From Octopus vulgaris (Eukaryota), in assembly GCA_951406725.2 (NCBI GenBank), contig OX597820.1:46004001-46068000 (forward strand): DNA of 64,000 nucleotides, in the 5' to 3' direction. Both the position numbers and the translations under genes were made by a program. This document shows, in pieces, positions 58,001 to 64,000 of the stretch (the first letter of the stretch is position 1; each line of letters begins with the position of its first letter). The notes under the pieces are model-generated. The model was not told where the DNA came from. It searched no databases and saw nothing but the letters and a program-made list of their open reading frames with translations.

Positions 58001-58403
58001 GCAGACGCATGTGTGTATTTTGGAACGTGTGTGCTTACATGGATTACTGTGCAAATGTATATTTAAATGTTTGTATGTAAGTAATTTTTATATGTATGTG
58101 TGTGTATGTGTGCCTGTGTATGTGTGTATGCAAGAATGTATCTGTTATATAGGTCTAAACACTGAATCACTAAATTCTGAGGCGGATCCAAATATGACAT
58201 CATTTTAGACCAATTAGGTCAGGTCAGTGTAGGACTATTAGATTAAAAGGATATTTAATAACTTCGAATACCCAACTATTAGCTTCAACTGCATACCAGC
58301 ACACACATTAACAGTAACATACAAAAACGTACTCGCATTATATGTGAACACTGCCATTTCAAACTTCTCTTATAAGAGTCACTTTTGGCAATGACCCAGT
58401 TTC

Positions 58404-58464
<61 letters not shown>

Positions 58465-58509
58465 GTCTATGTGTGTTTGTGTGTGTGTGCGTATGTGTGT
58501 GTGATTCAT

Positions 58510-58820
58510 AGGCGCAGGCGTAGTTGTCTGGTAAGAAGTTTGTGTTCCAACCACATACTTCCAACTTCAGTCCCACTACCTCTGTGTGTGTGTGTTTGTG
58601 TTTTTTTTTTTGTTTCTGTGCTTGTTCCCCACCGCCACCTGACAACCAGCGTCAGTTTGTTTATGTCCCTGTAACCTAGCGGTTTGATCAAAGTCACCTA
58701 TAGAATTGGCACCAGGCTTTAAAAAACAATTAAAGTACTACAGCCTAGTCGTTCATCTAATATTGTTCAGGGTGGTGACCCAGCAAGGCCGGAGTCTGAT
58801 GACTGAAACAAATAAAAGAT
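58510..58820 (+). mobile_element. SINE family A, internally deleted, diverged
   Basis: ggcgcaggcgtagttgtctggtaag head; gactgaaacaaataaaag tail. Confidence 0.75.
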
Positions 58821-58847
58821 AAAAAAAAAGAAGATATAAAACTATTC

Positions 58848-59273
58848 CAGCGCTGGATTAACCATTGAGCAAAATAAGTACGTGTTTAGGGCATCGAAAA
58901 AGATAGGGTGGCACCACGGAAATGGTAAATGATTTACGGCACAAAGGAAATTACTTTAAACTTGCTAAAATAATATTCGAAGTGGTTTATATGATCGGAA
59001 AAATAATTTCCAAGTGTTTATGGTGTCATAATAAAGATCTGATCAAAGATTTTGCAATGCAAAAAAGGTAGAAGAAAACTTTTCAAATATAAATAAAATG
59101 GAAGTATATGAAAATAAATATTGTTTTCCATGTTACTTTTAGCTTTGTTTCTTTTTGAAAAATAAACGTTTATTTTATGATTTATTATTATTTATATTTT
59201 GAATTACATACATATGGCGGCCACCAAAATCTTTTAACTGCTTAGAACCTCTATGGGTCTTAATCTGGCCCTG
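58848..59273. mobile_element. hAT-like MITE
   Basis: Imperfect TIRs CAGCGCTGGATTAA / TTAATCTGGCCCTG; TSD not preserved. Confidence 0.6.
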
Positions 59274-59305
59274 ATACTCTCTCTCTCTCTCTCTCTCTTT
59301 CTATA

Positions 59306-59391
<86 letters not shown>

Positions 59392-59403
59392 GAGAGAGAG
59401 AGG

Positions 59404-59570
59404 GAGTTAAAATTTACAGAAAAGCAAAAGACGAAGACGGGTGTATGAACAACAAGAAGGTGTATTAGTTTGACACTCGGGGAAGTGAAAAAGTCTTTTA
59501 CGTTTCGAGCCTACGTTCTTCAACATAAAGGAATAAGAGAAAACAGAGAGAGAATTTAAAAAATCTTGTG
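59404..59570 (-). mobile_element. Hammerhead-bearing element, family P2
   Basis: Minus strand CTTT-ATGTTGA-A-GAAC-GTAG-GCTC-GAAA-CG-TA-AAAG (59495-59530), degenerate. Confidence 0.65.
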
Positions 59571-59587
59571 GATTTAGCAGTGAAGCA

Positions 59588-59630
<43 letters not shown>

Positions 59631-59649
59631 GATATATATATATATATGA

Positions 59650-59974
59650 TGAAACCCCCTTCGGTCATGACTGACCATGGGATTGTACCTAGAAAGTTAC
59701 CCTCCCAGGCACAAGTCCGGGCAAGGTTGTTTATGGAAGACCAGCAGTCACCCATACATACCAGCCTCCCCTCTCCACACCACCGATGTGGAAAGGCAAG
59801 GGCTGATACAGTTTGGCACCTGTGACGTCGCAACTCATTTCTACAGCTGAGTGAACTGGAGCAACGTGAAATAAAGTGTCTTGCTCAAGAACACAACACG
59901 CAGCCCGGTCCGGGATTCGAGCTCACCGCCTCACGATCGTAAGCTCGACGCTCTAACCACTGAGCCATGCGCCT
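59650..59974 (-). mobile_element. SINE family C, apparently full length, in (TA)n
   Basis: Minus strand aggcgcatggctcagtggttagagcg..cttacgatc..gagctcgaatccc tRNA-like head; tgtgttcttgagcaagacact CORE-like segment. Confidence 0.88.
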
Positions 59975-60014
59975 TTATATTTATTATATATATATATATA
60001 TATATATTATATAT

Positions 60015-60069
<55 letters not shown>

Positions 60070-60291
60070 TATATATATTATATATATATATTATATATAT
60101 TATATATATATATTATATATATTATATATATATATTATATATATTATATATATATATTATATATATATATATTATATATATATATTATATATATATTATA
60201 TATATATATATTATATATTATATATTATATATATATGTTATATATATTATATATATATGTTATATATATTATATATTATATATATATTATA

Positions 60292-60354
<63 letters not shown>

Positions 60355-60373
60355 ATATTATATATATATTATA

Positions 60374-60446
<73 letters not shown>

Positions 60447-60450
60447 ATAT

Positions 60451-60483
<33 letters not shown>

Positions 60484-60497
60484 ATATATATAAATAT

Positions 60498-60536
<39 letters not shown>

Positions 60537-60558
60537 ATGTGTGTGTGTGTGTGTGTGT
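59975..60558. repeat. Long interrupted (TA)n array plus (TG)n
   Basis: Directly visible; periodic TT interruptions. Confidence 0.95.
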
Positions 60559-61211
60559 GATTTCCTCCAATAAACACAATGGTTGGACTGGAGACCGGAT
60601 TTAGCTATTGCAGGTCGCAGAAACATCGAGTTCTTTGAATTAATCAAAGGCTTGTATAAATTCTATAAAAAGACAAGGAAAAATTCCTAGGTTTATTACA
60701 TGAAACAGATGAAGAATGATTGGGAACTAAAGTACTCCAGGTACTCGAACTTCTGTATCAGACAATTATCAGAACAACGTTTGTTGACAAAAAAGAAAAA
60801 AAAACTTGAATTAACTGTTATCTCCTATAGACTTTCAGATAAGAATAGGACCAGATCAATGAATTCTTTTGGCAAGACTAACAATACGTGCCGTGACCGA
60901 TGTGATAACAAAACTGAAACGAACATGCTGCCATTAATGAGCTTGCAGTAACATGTACAAAGCTAAACAATGAGCGAAGAATATATACAATTGAAAGGCC
61001 CCTTAAGCGAATTCAAATAAAAATTCCGGACAGCGTCCGCAAAATATTCCGGCAGCTTTCGGATGAAACATTTTTAACAGCTGCTTATACGTCCTCGTTT
61101 CAAATAGTTATAATTTATTTGAATATAGCCAAAAGCTATGTTTCAGGTTCATATAGCGGAGTGAACCACTCATAATATTTTAATTTTCATTTTTGACATT
61201 AATGTTCCTTG

Positions 61212-61405
61212 ATGGCAACCTGGGCAGAACGCTAAACGGCATTTCGTCTGTCTTTACATTTGAGTTCAAATACTACAGAACTCGACTTTGCTTTTCATTC
61301 CCTTCGGGGTCTATAAAATAAGTACCAGTTGGACACTGGGGTTGATGTAATCGACTTAATCCTTTCCCCAAAACTGCTGGCATTGTGCCAAAATTTAAAA
61401 CCAAT
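61212..61405 (+). mobile_element. SINE family B, diverged
   Basis: gagttcaaatactacagaactcgactttgcttttcattccc...aagtaccagtt. Confidence 0.7.
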
Positions 61406-61599
61406 GTTTCTTGATGCTAGTATTTTTGATATTTTTCTTTTTCAAATTATTTCTACGTCTCTCATTTTTTGTTTATATGAATTACGTTTGGTATCTGAAC
61501 AATTAGTCGTTGCTCATTTGTTATATTTAATTTGTGTGATTGTTGTTTCTTCATGATTACAATTTAATTTTGATTTTTTTGGTTTTTGCTTTTTATGAC

Positions 61600-63000
61600 G
61601 CTTATTTTCATTTTATTGGACGTTCCTTTGTCATTTACCGTAGTTGGCATTTGTCATTTACCGTAGGTCCTCTCTTTTGAAAGTTTACATCGAGGATTAT
61701 TGATGATAATACCACCTATTTACACTCCTGGAATGTTTTCTACTTCCCTCAAAAATTCTTAGTAGATTAGAGGACAGCACATATCCTTGCTTAACTATTT
61801 TTAAAATTCTGATGATTTTCTTCGTCCAGTTCTTACTATTACTGTTTGCTTCCAACACAATTTCATTATTATTTGGATGGATTTATCTCATATTCCAAAT
61901 TCCAATCGACAGTCAATAATTTTTATATGTATTAATCTGCCAAATAATTTGATATAGTCCCTAACGCATTTGCAAATATGAAGAACTATTTTACCTTTGG
62001 TTCTTAGGTTAAATATTTCTTCACGTTTTCATCCCCGGTTTAAAACTACTTTGGAATCTATTTATTCATTTATTTTAATTTAATTCTTTATTGGACGATT
62101 AGTTTAGTCAAATGAGTCTTTGGGTTTATGATTCTAAACTATAAAATTTTGCGCTTTTGCCTTCTTTGATAATGCAAAAAAAAAAAAAAAAAAGATTATT
62201 TAATCTTGATTGGTAGAAATCCATTCTCAAATATTGTTTAAAGTTGGTTATTAAATCTAGCTGGAAGCTGTCTAATACTTTTATGCTTCTACTGGTATTT
62301 CACATATTCCACTTGTCTTTCTATCTTTTATTGCCTCGATTGCCTTTTCTATTTGTTTCAAGATTTTGTTTCCATTAGCAGCAACAAAATTGGGCACAAG
62401 CAGTTTGTTCTCATCATTATAGTTTTTTTCAATGTTTTCAGCTCATCTATCCAATCGAGATACAATCTATTCTTGATCAAACAATATGTTTTCATTTCTG
62501 TCCCTATTGTTAGCATTTATTTTTTTTTTATTCATGCATTTGTCACTTGTGATCTCATTTATTTTATCATGAATTTCTTTAGATTTGTGCTTGTTATTCA
62601 GTTTTACAATTTCTTAGCATTGATCATCCAACTACTTAGTTTTTGTTTTCTTACTGTCAGAACAGATCTCTTTATTAAGGGTGTTATATTTATCTTGGTC
62701 TTTATTCTCCTATTTCTTTCTTCATCTAATCTTTTGATAGTGTTTCATCCGTCATCCAGTTATTCTTCTTTTCTTTTTAACCTTTCAGGCGGTCTTTTCA
62801 TTAGTGATGTTTGCATGCAAATTCTAATTGCTTTCCATTTTTCTTCTATTTGTTCTCTATTAAAAGGGTCTTATATTTCTTCTTCAGTATGTAAATATCC
62901 ATATTGGTTTCGTGTTTTCACATTATATTTTTATTTGGATTCTGTTTAAACAAGTTTCAGTTTATTTGTTTTTGTCTGTTAACCATTTGCATTTTGTTTA
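61600..63000 (-). pseudogene. Heavily decayed LINE (RTE-like) RT region
   Basis: Minus strand IEKAIEAIKDRKTSGICEIPVE, EIFNLRT and KQGYVLS appear in the expected RT order. Confidence 0.55.
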
Positions 63001-63500
63001 ATTTGATTTGTAATTTAATAACCCCCTGATTATGGTTTGTATTGATATCTGCTCTAGAGTATACAGTTTCTAAACCACGAGTGCAACCGTACATAATCTA
63101 TCCGATTTCTTGTTATGTTTCATAGACTCAACATCTAGCCATTTACTTTCTGTTATTCTCATGATGCCAATATACATTTTTTTCTTTTCTTTTTTTTTCT
63201 CTCTCTATTAGAATTGACAAATTTTCATGGTTGATATAATGCTCCTATTTTTAAGTTCATTGATATACATTTTCAGAGCAGCACAATCAAACAGTAATCT
63301 CCTGTTATGGTTACAGTAATCATCAAGAGTCCTACTCACTGAGGAATTCGTCTCTTCTTTGCTGTACTTAGTATCTGAAATAACTGTAAAGGACCCACGT
63401 TCACTAACCCTTTCTTATCATCTTCTAGTAATATCCAAGGCTAATAAGGGTATATATATGGCAGGATTCCAATCCATTTCACGGTTATTGATCTCTGATC

Positions 63501-63731
63501 GGCGGCGAGCTGGCAGAAACGTTAGCACGCCGGGCGAAATGCTTAGCGGTATTTCGTCTGTCGTTACGTTGTGAGTTCGAATTCCGCCGAGGTCGACTTT
63601 GCCTTTCATCCTTTCGGGGTCGATAAATTAAGTACGAGTTACGCACTGGGGTCGATGTAATTGACTTAATACCTATGTCTGTCCTTGTTTGTCCCCTCTG
63701 TGTTTAGCCCCTTGTGGGTAATAAAGAAATA
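63501..63731 (+). mobile_element. SINE family B monomer with 17 bp TSD
   Basis: ggttattgatctctgat (63483-63499) / ggttactgatctctgat (63732-63748). Confidence 0.92.
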
Positions 63732-64000
63732 GGTTACTGATCTCTGATACTTTTATGTCGGAGGGATGTCCTGGACGTATCACACATCTCGCCGTCATAT
63801 CCCCCTATTCATTAACATCTGATTTAGTTCATCTGCTTCTGCCATTCCAGTTTCTTGTATTCATGAGGTGACGTCTCTCATACAATACTTATTTTGAGAC
63901 CACCTATACCCTCCACTTAATGCAGTCCTCCAGCCAAAGCGAGATAGCATGGTGTGGCCATCGATGTACACAATGAGATCCTTGGAGTCACAGTGAAAGT

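Noticed and set aside
59880-59974. Possible tRNA-Arg gene (similar heads at 1-118, 25150-25232, 54915-54992)
   Set aside because: No proper acceptor stem, and each continues into a shared SINE body.
60560-61080. Possible 5' ORF remnant of an RLE-type LINE (YMKQMKNDWELKY)
   Set aside because: Similarity too weak to call by eye; needs a profile search.
62353-62949. 198 aa hydrophobic ORF resembling a membrane protein
   Set aside because: Antisense reading of an A-rich decayed LINE on the minus strand.
63750-64000. Possible RTE 3' end on minus
   Set aside because: Too decayed and truncated by the window edge to call confidently.

Overview
Eukaryotic, AT-rich, repeat-saturated DNA, most likely from an octopus (inferred from tRNA-derived SINE families resembling those I recall from Octopus and from the very high microsatellite density). 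Almost every ORF in the supplied track is a microsatellite translation or a transposon relic. One credible host-gene piece is present: a + strand first coding exon (4679-4792) encoding a signal peptide, ending ...CGYQ at a GTGAGT donor and preceded by TATA-like and Inr motifs. It most resembles exon 1 of lysosomal alpha-mannosidase (MAN2B1-like), which would make the remaining ~59 kb part of one giant first intron. That region holds at least four SINE families, Tc1/mariner, Tc2-like and hAT DNA elements, decayed Tx1, RTE, CR1 and R4/Dong LINE fragments (mostly antisense), a 28S rRNA fragment and a 5S rRNA fragment. The most interesting signals are: (i) dispersed ~150-200 bp non-coding elements beside TA/GA microsatellites carrying minimal type I hammerhead-ribozyme folds (Penelope pLTR/retrozyme-like), one family with a shared CUGUNGA core variant; (ii) long, nearly spacer-less palindromes abutting (TA)n; (iii) a 5S rRNA-SINE chimera joined at a 5-nt microhomology. 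All alignments and folds were done by eye; no database search was run.
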